A stretch of 51,191 nucleotides of DNA from a plasmid, in the sequence record CP014788.1, one strand, 5' to 3'. Positions 43,658 to 51,191 of this stretch are shown piece by piece. Below the pieces are notes generated by a model. The model was given only the letters and a program-made list of their open reading frames with translations. It was not told where the DNA came from and did no database searches. Both the position numbers and the translations under genes were made by a program. Position 1 is the first letter of the stretch. The number at the start of each line of letters is the position of its first letter.

Positions 43658-43867
43658 TGCATTTACACCTCACATTTTATTATTAAATAATATGGCGAAT
43701 AAGTGCAAAACGGTATTAGTAGAATAACACCTACTGCAGTTATCAATGTTTAGCTCATACTCTAATACCGTTTAACATCGCTTACCAAAATAGACGCCAA
43801 CATCTATTATAATATTGGCGCCTAATATTATGACCGTAAATTTTAGATTAGCAATTATTAATTACTA

Positions 43868-44914
43868 TTAACCAATACTCTTGTTAGTTGGCTTGAGGAA
43901 TTCATCAATAATATGTGATACCCGGTCAAGGTCGACATTACCACCAGAAACAAGGCCAACAACATTCTTACCCTTGATGTACTTGTCATCAACCTTGTGA
44001 GCTTCAAGAGCAGCGGTTGGCAATGCACCGGCACCTTCAGCAACAATCTTAGTACGTTGCAAGAGATCCTTCATTGCTTGTGCAATTTCTTCTTCATTAA
44101 CAAGAACGATTTCATCAACTAACTTGTCAACAATTGGGAAGGTCAATGAACCAGGCATAGCAACATCAGTACCATCAGCCAGAGTAAAGTCGTCGTGGTG
44201 GTAAGTCAGCTTACCCTTGTTAACGGATTCAGCCATACCGTGAACATTTTCAGATTGAACACCAACAACGTGAATACCAGGGTTGAAGGACTTCAGAGCA
44301 GTAACAATCCCTGCCATTAATCCACCACCACCAACTGGAACTAAGACAGTGTCAACATTCCACAGGTCATCGAGAATTTCAAGACCAATAGTACCTTGAC
44401 CCGCCATAACGTACTTGTCGTTAAATGGGTCAACAATAGTCTTTCCTTCCTTCTTAGCACGTTCAAACATCCATTCGTGTGCGTCATCGAAGGTAGCCCC
44501 GTGAATATCAACTTCAGCACCGTAACCAGCAGTAGCAGCCCGCTTCATCATTGGTGCTTCATCTGGCATAACAACAGTCGTGTCGATGCCTAAGAGCTTA
44601 CCACTCAATGCAACCCCTTGTGCGTGGTTACCGGCAGAAGCAGTAATAACCCCACGTTCTGCTTCTTCCTTTGATAAGTGTTGCATCCGGTTGTTAGCTC
44701 CACGGAACTTAAATGAACCGGTTAATTGCATGTTTTCCAGCTTCAGGAATACATTAGCATCTGCAACTTGACGGCTTAAGAACATTGATTGAATAAGAGG
44801 TGTTCTCCGAGCATATTTACTGATAGTAGCCTTGGCGTCTTCAATATCCTTAATGTTTAAAATGTCTTCTGTCTGTGCGACAACATCGTTTGTAGCCATA
44901 ATACTAACCTCCAA
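43868..44914 (-). CDS. tdcB: threonine/serine dehydratase, biodegradative type (PLP-dependent, no ACT domain)
   Basis: PLP-lysine motif SFKFRGA and a glycine-rich loop VGGGGLMAG. The likely true start is the ATG at 44897-44899 (MATNDVV), preceded by GGAGGT. Confidence 0.88.
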   Translation of the reverse strand: MEVSIMATNDVVAQTEDILNIKDIEDAKATISKYARRTPLIQSMFLSRQVADANVFLKLENMQLTGSFKFRGANNRMQHLSKEEAERGVITASAGNHAQGVALSGKLLGIDTTVVMPDEAPMMKRAATAGYGAEVDIHGATFDDAHEWMFERAKKEGKTIVDPFNDKYVMAGQGTIGLEILDDLWNVDTVLVPVGGGGLMAGIVTALKSFNPGIHVVGVQSENVHGMAESVNKGKLTYHHDDFTLADGTDVAMPGSLTFPIVDKLVDEIVLVNEEEIAQAMKDLLQRTKIVAEGAGALPTAALEAHKVDDKYIKGKNVVGLVSGGNVDLDRVSHIIDEFLKPTNKSIG

Positions 44915-44947
44915 AATTAGTAAACCGAAGCGACAACCAAGCTAAAA

Positions 44948-46102
44948 TTAAAGATCCAACTCAGTGTAAGGCAGGTCAAGAGAATCTGCCAAGCCCTTGT
45001 TAGTAACCTTACCTTCGTAAACGTTGACCCCACTCTTCAAGGATTCATCAGACTTAATTGCCTCATCAATACCCTTGTCAGCGATTTCCAGAAGGTAGTC
45101 CAAGTTACCAGCGGCCAGTGCCATCGTGGCAGTACGTGGAACAGCACCTGGTTGGTTAGGAACAGCGTAATGAATTACGCCATACTTAGTAAATACTGGG
45201 TCATCAATGGTAGTTGGGTGGTCAATGGTTTCAACAGTACCACCTTGGTCAATGGCAACGTCAGCAATAACACTGCCCTTCTTCATTGACTTAACCATGT
45301 ATTCCTTAACCAACTTCGGTGGACGGGCACCTGGAATAAGAATAGTTGAAATAAACAGGTCTGCATCCTTGATTTCCTTAGCAAGGTTTTCTTCATTAGA
45401 TTCAACAACCCGAAGGTTCTTGCCTGCATACTGCTTTTCAAGTTCCTTAATCCGCTCTGGGTTCTTTTCAATAATTACAACTGAGCAGTTCATACCAAGT
45501 GCTAAGTCAGCAGCAGCAATAGCGGCATTACCACCACCAAAGATAACAACGTTGCCAGCTGGTACTTCAGCGGTTCCTGGTAAGAGAATCCCTTCACCAC
45601 CGTGCTGAGCTTCCAGGTAGTAAGCACCCATGATTACGGAACGGCGCCCTGCAATGTGACTCATCGCAGAAAGCAATTCCAGCTTACCATCCTTAACAAT
45701 AGTTTCAGCACCAATAGCGGTAGTGCCAGCCTTCATCATTGCCTCTACAGTTGGCTTGGAAGATGCAAGGTGTTGGAAGCCCCAAACAACTTGCCCCTTA
45801 CGGAAGTATTTATATTCTTCGGCATCTGGTTCCTTAACCTTGATTACCAAATCAGCCTTCCAGCCGTCTTCGTGTGAAACAATCTTGGCTCCGGCCTTCT
45901 CGTATTCAGAATCGTCGAAGCCTGAACCGGCACCGGCATTTGTTTCTACGAGAACGGTGTTACCGGCTTTAACCATTTCCTCAACGTTGTAAGGAGTGGC
46001 AGCAACCCGGCCTTCACCTTCCTTTTGTTCCTTAATAACAGCAATTGTCATACTCATACTCGAAAACCTCCCTTTTCTTTTGAGTACGCTTTCATTATAC
46101 AC
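44948..46102 (-). CDS. ald: NAD-dependent L-alanine dehydrogenase
   Basis: AlaDH/PNT fold with a Rossmann GxGxxA motif (VIFGGGNAAIAAADLA). The likely true start is the ATG at 46055-46057 (MSMTIAVIKE), with GGAGG 9 nt upstream. Confidence 0.9.
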   Translation of the reverse strand: MYNESVLKRKGRFSSMSMTIAVIKEQKEGEGRVAATPYNVEEMVKAGNTVLVETNAGAGSGFDDSEYEKAGAKIVSHEDGWKADLVIKVKEPDAEEYKYFRKGQVVWGFQHLASSKPTVEAMMKAGTTAIGAETIVKDGKLELLSAMSHIAGRRSVIMGAYYLEAQHGGEGILLPGTAEVPAGNVVIFGGGNAAIAAADLALGMNCSVVIIEKNPERIKELEKQYAGKNLRVVESNEENLAKEIKDADLFISTILIPGARPPKLVKEYMVKSMKKGSVIADVAIDQGGTVETIDHPTTIDDPVFTKYGVIHYAVPNQPGAVPRTATMALAAGNLDYLLEIADKGIDEAIKSDESLKSGVNVYEGKVTNKGLADSLDLPYTELDL

Positions 46103-46121
46103 TATTATCTAAAAAGTAAAA
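46094..46121 (-). promoter_or_regulatory. promoter of the ald-tdcB operon
   Basis: The minus strand reads TTTTAC, a 16-nt spacer, then TGTATAAT (extended -10), about 30 nt upstream of the ald ribosome-binding site. Confidence 0.45.
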
Positions 46122-46437
46122 GATTTTATTCACATTCATAAAAAATGTTTGATTGCTATAATCAGTCAATTTACCATGGTATCAACGATAGTAAGCGTTT
46201 TATTTATTCTGTGTAATTTTTAACTTATTTTTCAATAAGAAACTACTAATTGTTTATTAATCACATGGCTTGTGAAAGTTCAAACACGATATTAAGCCTT
46301 ATCTACCTTGATATCACCGCTAAATTTAATCGAATTTCACAAAGAATTTATAAGAATTCTAGTTGTTAATGTCCAATACGGTATATCATTAATCAAATCT
46401 AGAAATTGACATTGAGATAGTTTTAAAATTTCAAGGC

Positions 46438-46482
46438 CTAAAAAAGGTATGGCCCCAGCAAAATGCCAAAACCATACCTTAA
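46438..46482 (-). terminator. terminator after the decarboxylase remnant
   Basis: AAGGTATGG...CCATACCTT stem followed by TTTTTTAGG on the minus strand. Confidence 0.55.
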
Positions 46483-46538
46483 CGGTTTAATTATTCAAAT
46501 TTATTTCACTTTCTTTCAAGTGCCCGCTCTGCTTATCC

Positions 46539-46979
46539 CTATTTATCGCTATATTTAGCTTCCGTCTTATCGTCAAGTACTTCACAATAAGCAACGGTTT
46601 TACCATTCTCTTTCTTAAAGTAAACCCCTTGAATTTCAGGAGCGAATCCTGGAAAGGCATTGATTCCCTTCAGCAAAATCATGAAATACTTTTGAGCTGT
46701 CTCGGACCATTTTTCACCAGGGACAACACAGAAAATACCAGGTGGATATGGGAGCGCTCCTTCAACTGCAGTGTGGCCTACAACATCTTTAAGTTTAATC
46801 AATTGGACATTGTTATGAAGCATTTCTGTATCAGCATCGATTGCGCTCATAGTCTGCTCTGGGAAATACTTCCGCAAGAATAAGCGCTTTTGATATTCCT
46901 TTGTGTTGTTTTCTTTATAGAAATTGTGTAACTCTTGGCAAAGTTGACGATACGATTGCCGCAGAAAAACTGGTCGCAA
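46539..46979 (-). pseudogene. C-terminal remnant of a fold-III PLP-dependent ornithine/lysine/arginine decarboxylase
   Basis: Only about 125 aa of a protein normally about 700 aa. It contains the family-diagnostic C-terminal PYPPGI motif (EGALPYPPGIFCVVPGEKW). The N-terminus of the ORF reads into unrelated high-GC DNA. Confidence 0.75.
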
Positions 46980-47236
46980 CGGAGACCAACGGCACCTTAA
47001 TCGGCCAAATTGATTACCCCTTTGTCGACGCTGCCGCCAAGCGGGTCGTCTTAGAGCGGGGCTTTGTCAATCCGGCTTACCGCGGCCAAGGGATCGCCGG
47101 TAAGCTAATGGCCGCCTTTGTCGATTACGCGGATCAAGCGGGGCTGACGGTTAAATTAATGTGCCCGTATGCCAAAATGAGTTTTCAAAAGCACCCGGAA
47201 TACCGGCGGCTCCTCGCCCCTGAAGAGCAAAACTAA
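46901..47236 (+). CDS. small GNAT-like acetyltransferase (YjdJ-like), chimeric/truncated 5' end
   Basis: Residues from about KVDDT onward match the roughly 90 aa YjdJ-like GNAT family (RGQGIAGKLM...LMCPYAKMSFQKHPEY). The only in-frame ATG (46901) lies in island-derived AT-rich DNA that overlaps the decarboxylase remnant on the opposite strand. Confidence 0.6.
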   Translation: MCCFLYRNCVTLGKVDDTIAAEKLVATETNGTLIGQIDYPFVDAAAKRVVLERGFVNPAYRGQGIAGKLMAAFVDYADQAGLTVKLMCPYAKMSFQKHPEYRRLLAPEEQN

Positions 47237-47248
47237 GTTTGAGGTGAA

Positions 47249-47939
47249 ATGAGAATGAATCAAAATGAATTAAAGGCCTTGGTCGGCCAGGCTGCCGTCA
47301 AGTTTATCGAAGATGGTATGATTGTCGGCTTGGGGACCGGTTCGACGGTGCGCTACATGGTGGATGCTTTAGGCAAGCGGGTCCAAGAAGAGGGCCTGAA
47401 CGTAATCAGGGTCACGACTTCCAACCGGACGACGGCCCAAGCCCAAAGCCTGGGCATCACGATCAAGGACATCGATGAAGTCGACCACATCGACCTGTGC
47501 ATCGATGGGGCCGATGAAATTGACACGGACTTTAATGGCATCAAGGGGGGGCGGAGGCGCCCTGCTCTGGGAAAAGATCGTCAACAACGCTTCGACCAAG
47601 CGGATTTGGATCGTCGACGAATCTAAACTGGTCAAGCGGATCGGGAACTTCGGCGTGCCGGTGGAAGTAATTCCGTTTGGGGCCCAACACGTCTTTAACT
47701 ACTTCGCCAAGCAAGGTTACCACCCGGCCTGGCGGTTAACGGACGATGGCGCCAAGTACCGGACCGACGAAAAGAACTTCATCATTGACTTAAAGGTAGG
47801 CGAAATCGCCGATCCAAAGGCGCTGGCCGAAGACCTGATCCACACGGTCGGGGTGGTCGAACACGGGCTGTTCTTAAACCGGGTCGACCAAGTGATTGTC
47901 GGGCGTCAAGACGGACCAGAAGTGCTGGATGTGAACTAG
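47249..47939 (+). pseudogene. rpiA: ribose-5-phosphate isomerase A, split by a +1 frameshift in a G7 run (or a sequencing error)
   Basis: Frame A (47249-47626) gives [31 protein letters not shown]...NGIKGG. After the G7 run at 47545-47551, frame B carries on the RpiA sequence [28 protein letters not shown] to 47939. Six Gs would restore one 230 aa RpiA. Confidence 0.7.
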
Positions 47940-47940
47940 G

Positions 47941-47979
47941 CGCTGTTAGCAGCGGCGGGCAGGCCCCGTTGCTTTTTTA
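47941..47979 (+). terminator. rpiA terminator
   Basis: CGCTGttagCAGCG hairpin plus a GC-rich extension, followed by TTTTTTAC. Confidence 0.55.
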
Positions 47980-48042
47980 CTTTATTTATGTAAGCGTTTC
48001 CGGTAAAATAAGGGGGGAATGTGATTTGAGGAGGAATCGAAA

Positions 48043-48654
48043 ATGGAACTCAACACCCGTAACATGCTGGAGGGCAAACCCTACACCCCCGCCACAGCGG
48101 AATTAAACCGCTATGCGCGCCAAGGCCACCGGCTCAGCCACGATTACAATCTGACCTACGACGATCAGACCGAACAGCGGGCGGCCATTCTCGCGGAATT
48201 GCTGGGCGCTCACGGGCAAAATATCTACCTGCAAGGGCCGATCCAGTTTGACTACGGGCGCTTCACCACCATCGGCGATAATTTTTACGCCAACCTTAAC
48301 CTGACCGTCCTGGACACCTGCCCGGTGACGATCGGCGACAACGTGATGCTGGGCCCTAACGTCAGCCTCTTGACCGCCAAGCACCCCTTAAGGTACCAAC
48401 AACGCAATTTGCGCGAAGTCGACGGCCAGCTGTTAGATTACGAATTTGGCGCCCCGATTACGATTGAAGACAACTGCTGGCTCGGCGGTAACGTGACCGT
48501 CTTAGGCGGGGTCACCATCGGCGCCGGCAGCGTGATTGGGGCTGGGACGGTTGTAACGAAAGATGTCCCGGCCAATTCGCTGGTCGTCGGCAACCCCGGC
48601 CGGGTTGTGCGCCAGATTACGGAAGCGGACCGTTTACAGAACTTTCCGTGGTAA
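48043..48654 (+). CDS. maa: maltose/galactoside O-acetyltransferase (hexapeptide-repeat family)
   Basis: Left-handed beta-helix hexapeptide repeats (IGDNVMLGPNVSL, LGGNVTVLGGVTIGAGSVIGAGTVV). 203 aa. Confidence 0.88.
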   Translation: MELNTRNMLEGKPYTPATAELNRYARQGHRLSHDYNLTYDDQTEQRAAILAELLGAHGQNIYLQGPIQFDYGRFTTIGDNFYANLNLTVLDTCPVTIGDNVMLGPNVSLLTAKHPLRYQQRNLREVDGQLLDYEFGAPITIEDNCWLGGNVTVLGGVTIGAGSVIGAGTVVTKDVPANSLVVGNPGRVVRQITEADRLQNFPW

Positions 48655-48679
48655 CCAGGAAAAAAGGTCTTACAAATTC

Positions 48680-48732
48680 AAAAGCGCTAGCACCCACGTT
48701 CCTGAAAACGTTGGTTACTAGCGCTTTTTTGT
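48680..48732. terminator. bidirectional terminator between maa and the adhesin gene
   Basis: AAAAGCGCTAG...CTAGCGCTTTTTT with perfect 11-bp arms. Confidence 0.75.
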
Positions 48733-48799
48733 TGTTGCTACTTATTAAGTTCCAGCCGAAAAGCTCGTTGCTTCCCAGTCGCTATTAAGTTAGGAATGA

Positions 48800-51191
48800 T
48801 TATTGTGCCCGTTTCCGCTTAACCAGCGCTAACAAGCTCAGACTACCGAGCAAGCCCCCGAGAGCAACTTGCCACGCTGCCGCAACCGAGTCGTTCCCCG
48901 TTTGTGGCAAGCGAGTAGCAGACGGTGCTGCTGGGTGACTAACCCGAGCAACCAGGGTCGAAGCCGCTGGTTGATCCGTTGCCGGCGTGCTTGGCGACGT
49001 TGGTTCGTTCGTCTCCCCCTTGTGGGCCGGGACATAAACGTAGATTACCGCTGGGGTATCTTCAGTGTACGTCCCACTCGCATTCGTAGGCGTCGCCACC
49101 AAAAGATACCCGTCAATTTCCTTGACCTTCGTCGTGTAAGTGCCCCCGTATTCGCCATGCAAGGTTTCGCTTGGGGCCAACGGTGTCCCATCCGCCGTTT
49201 GGTAGTGGACCTTAACGGTCGCCGCGTTTGGCGCGTAAGTGATCACTACCAGGGTGTCTTGGTTCTTGGCCACCAACTCGTTGCTCGTGGTAACGGCCGT
49301 CCCGGTTACCTGATCTTGACTCGGCGTGTAGCCGGTCAGCACGGGGCTGGCCACCGTCGTGTAGTCAGCCGTCGTCCAAAGGCCGTCCCACGTCGTCGTT
49401 TGCGTAACCAAATCACTCGTCCCACTTTGGGTCAGGGTCACCGTTTGGACGTTATCGGCTAACATTTGGCCAGCAGCATCCTTCATCGGTTGGCCAGTCC
49501 GGTCCACGTATTGGATCGTTTGGGTGATTTGCTTGGTCCGGCTAACCGTTTCGGTCCGGTGCTTGAGGTGTACCACATAGCTTTGGGTGACTTTATCGTC
49601 GTGATCAAGCGTGATTGGCTGACCGCCGGTTTCGTCTCGGACCAATTCATAGCCTTGGTCCACATATTCCTTCAGCCGTTGGGCCGTGGTGTAAGTCAGG
49701 GTCTGGTCGCTCTTACCACTCAACTGATCGACTGCTCCCAGGGGTTGCCCGGTATTGTCGTCATAGTAGGTAACCAACGCCGTTTGTTGGTTGGGCGTGT
49801 AGGTAACGGTAACCGTCTTGTCGGTACTGTCCCCGTTTACCGTTTCACCGGCCACGGTTGGTTGATCGGCCGTGTAGCCGGCCACCTTCGGGCTATCAAC
49901 GGCTTGGTAGCTGCCCGTTGACCACGCATTCCACGTCGTCTTCCCGGTTACCAGATCATGGGTCCCGGTGCGGCTGAGTGTGACCGTTTGGTGGTCATCA
50001 GTCAGAGCATTTCCGGTCTGGTCCTTCATTGGTTGCCCGGCTTGGTCGACGTAATGGATCGTTTGGTGAACGTCCTTTGTGTCTTGCACCGCCGTCGTCT
50101 GGTGGATTAGGTACACCTTATAAGTGTCGTCATCCAGGGTGTACTTGACCGCCCGGCCGTCATAGCTAACGTGGGCTGGATCCCCCACCACCAGTTGGTA
50201 ATGTTGATCACCAGTCGTGTAGTACTTCAGCAGGGCTTTGTAGCCCCGGCCCTGCCCATCGGTAAAGTTGATCGGTGAGTTGTAGGCCCCGCTGACGCTG
50301 ACCGTCGTTAATGTTTCGCCAGTTACCAGGTCGATAAATTCCAACCTTGCCGGCCGCTGCACCGGCGTGTAGGTGACCGTGATCAAGGTGTCTTGATTCT
50401 TGGTGACCAGGTCGTTGGTAGAAGTTACCGTTTGCTTTGGAACTTGGGCTTGATCGACGGTGTAGCCGGCCACCACCGGACTATCAACGGCCTGATAGTC
50501 AGCACTCGTCCATGCGCCGTCCCACTGGGTCACGCCCGTTGCCAAATCCTTGGTACCGTGCTGTTGGACCGTGACCGTTTGAACGCTATCCGGCAACGTC
50601 TGGCCTTGCTCATCCAACATTGGCTGACCATTTTGGTCGACGTAGTGAATCGTCTGGGTGATTTGCTTGGTCCGTTGGTCGTCAACAAGGTGGTGAACCA
50701 GGTAAACGAAGTAGTCATTCCCTTCCAACTTGTAGGTCACTGCTTGACCCTTGTAGCTTGTCACACTTGGATCCAGAACGTACGGCGCTTGGTCGCCCTT
50801 CGTATACTTATCAAAAAGGGACTGGTAGCTTTGGCCCTGGTCGCTAAAGACAATCGGGGCTTGGTAGTCACCCGTCACTGCCAGTTTTGCCAGCGGTTGG
50901 TGAGTCGGAGTCGTGTTGTCGATAAAGGTCAGGGTCGCCGTCTGGGTATCCGGGGCGTAAACGTAGGTCACGTCCGGCGTGTTCGTCGTGTAGATCCCGT
51001 TGGCGTTAGCTGGCTTTGTCGTCAGGTGGTAGCCTTTGATCTCCTTGGCGCTCGTCTGGTAGCGGTCACCAAAAAGCCCTGGGATCTGATCGTCCTTAGC
51101 CAACGGTGTCCCATCCACCGTCTGGTAGTGGACCGTCACAGATTCTTCATCTGGGGCGTAAACGTAGGTCACGTCCGGCGTGTTCGTCGTG
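48800..51191 (-). CDS. LPxTG-anchored MucBP-repeat surface adhesin (mucus-binding protein-like), 5' end beyond the window
   Basis: C-terminal LPQTGN, a hydrophobic segment, and KRKRAQ form the sortase signal. There are at least three long (about 190 aa) repeats, each holding a MucBP-type module (TVHYQTxDGTPL...GYxL....YVYAPD). The reading frame stays open to the window edge. Confidence 0.85.
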   Translation of the reverse strand, partial: TTNTPDVTYVYAPDEESVTVHYQTVDGTPLAKDDQIPGLFGDRYQTSAKEIKGYHLTTKPANANGIYTTNTPDVTYVYAPDTQTATLTFIDNTTPTHQPLAKLAVTGDYQAPIVFSDQGQSYQSLFDKYTKGDQAPYVLDPSVTSYKGQAVTYKLEGNDYFVYLVHHLVDDQRTKQITQTIHYVDQNGQPMLDEQGQTLPDSVQTVTVQQHGTKDLATGVTQWDGAWTSADYQAVDSPVVAGYTVDQAQVPKQTVTSTNDLVTKNQDTLITVTYTPVQRPARLEFIDLVTGETLTTVSVSGAYNSPINFTDGQGRGYKALLKYYTTGDQHYQLVVGDPAHVSYDGRAVKYTLDDDTYKVYLIHQTTAVQDTKDVHQTIHYVDQAGQPMKDQTGNALTDDHQTVTLSRTGTHDLVTGKTTWNAWSTGSYQAVDSPKVAGYTADQPTVAGETVNGDSTDKTVTVTYTPNQQTALVTYYDDNTGQPLGAVDQLSGKSDQTLTYTTAQRLKEYVDQGYELVRDETGGQPITLDHDDKVTQSYVVHLKHRTETVSRTKQITQTIQYVDRTGQPMKDAAGQMLADNVQTVTLTQSGTSDLVTQTTTWDGLWTTADYTTVASPVLTGYTPSQDQVTGTAVTTSNELVAKNQDTLVVITYAPNAATVKVHYQTADGTPLAPSETLHGEYGGTYTTKVKEIDGYLLVATPTNASGTYTEDTPAVIYVYVPAHKGETNEPTSPSTPATDQPAASTLVARVSHPAAPSATRLPQTGNDSVAAAWQVALGGLLGSLSLLALVKRKRAQ

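Larger units (their letters stand above)
39760..46950. other. low-GC compositional island (putative horizontally acquired amino-acid catabolism/exchange module)
   Basis: Codon and base composition shift visibly, from about 52% GC flanks to about 36-45% GC. The right junction truncates both a decarboxylase gene and a GNAT gene. No integrase or transposase is present. Confidence 0.6.

Overview
This 51 kb window looks like chromosome from a heterofermentative Lactobacillaceae genome, possibly Limosilactobacillus fermentum-like (about 52% GC; organism is an inference). Most of it is conserved core genes with a strong cell-envelope and D-alanine theme. Gene content in order: MazF-family toxin, alr, dltX-dltA-dltB-dltC-dltD, cshA, murF, htpX, lemA, a low-molecular-weight tyrosine phosphatase, a truncated ddl remnant, gcvH, rodA, yidD, mreB-like, murA, a DUF1146 gene, the complete F1Fo ATP synthase operon (atpBEFHAGDC), two YibE/F membrane proteins, upp, sua5, prmC, prfA, tdk, murT-gatD, argR, a serine hydrolase, and a MarR-controlled heterodimeric ABC exporter. 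Two things stand out. First, about 39.8-46.9 kb is a roughly 7 kb compositionally distinct (36-45% GC) island. It encodes two APC-family amino-acid transporters, one of them SteT-like (Ser/Thr exchanger), a ThiD/PdxK-family kinase, a biodegradative Thr/Ser dehydratase, and an NAD-dependent alanine dehydrogenase. Its right junction cuts through an ornithine/lysine-decarboxylase gene, leaving a C-terminal remnant, and creates a chimeric 5' end on a small GNAT gene. I propose this as a PLP-dependent Ser/Thr-to-Ala catabolic/exchange module that could act as an NADH sink. Second, the D-alanine neighbourhood shows anomalies: a mazF toxin directly after alr with no mazE, a dltX with no canonical start codon, and a ddl reduced to its N-terminal half. 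Also present are an rpiA frameshifted in a G7 homopolymer, a partial LPxTG MucBP-repeat adhesin at the window end, and several operator-like palindromes (MarR operator, ARG box, a palindrome upstream of atp).
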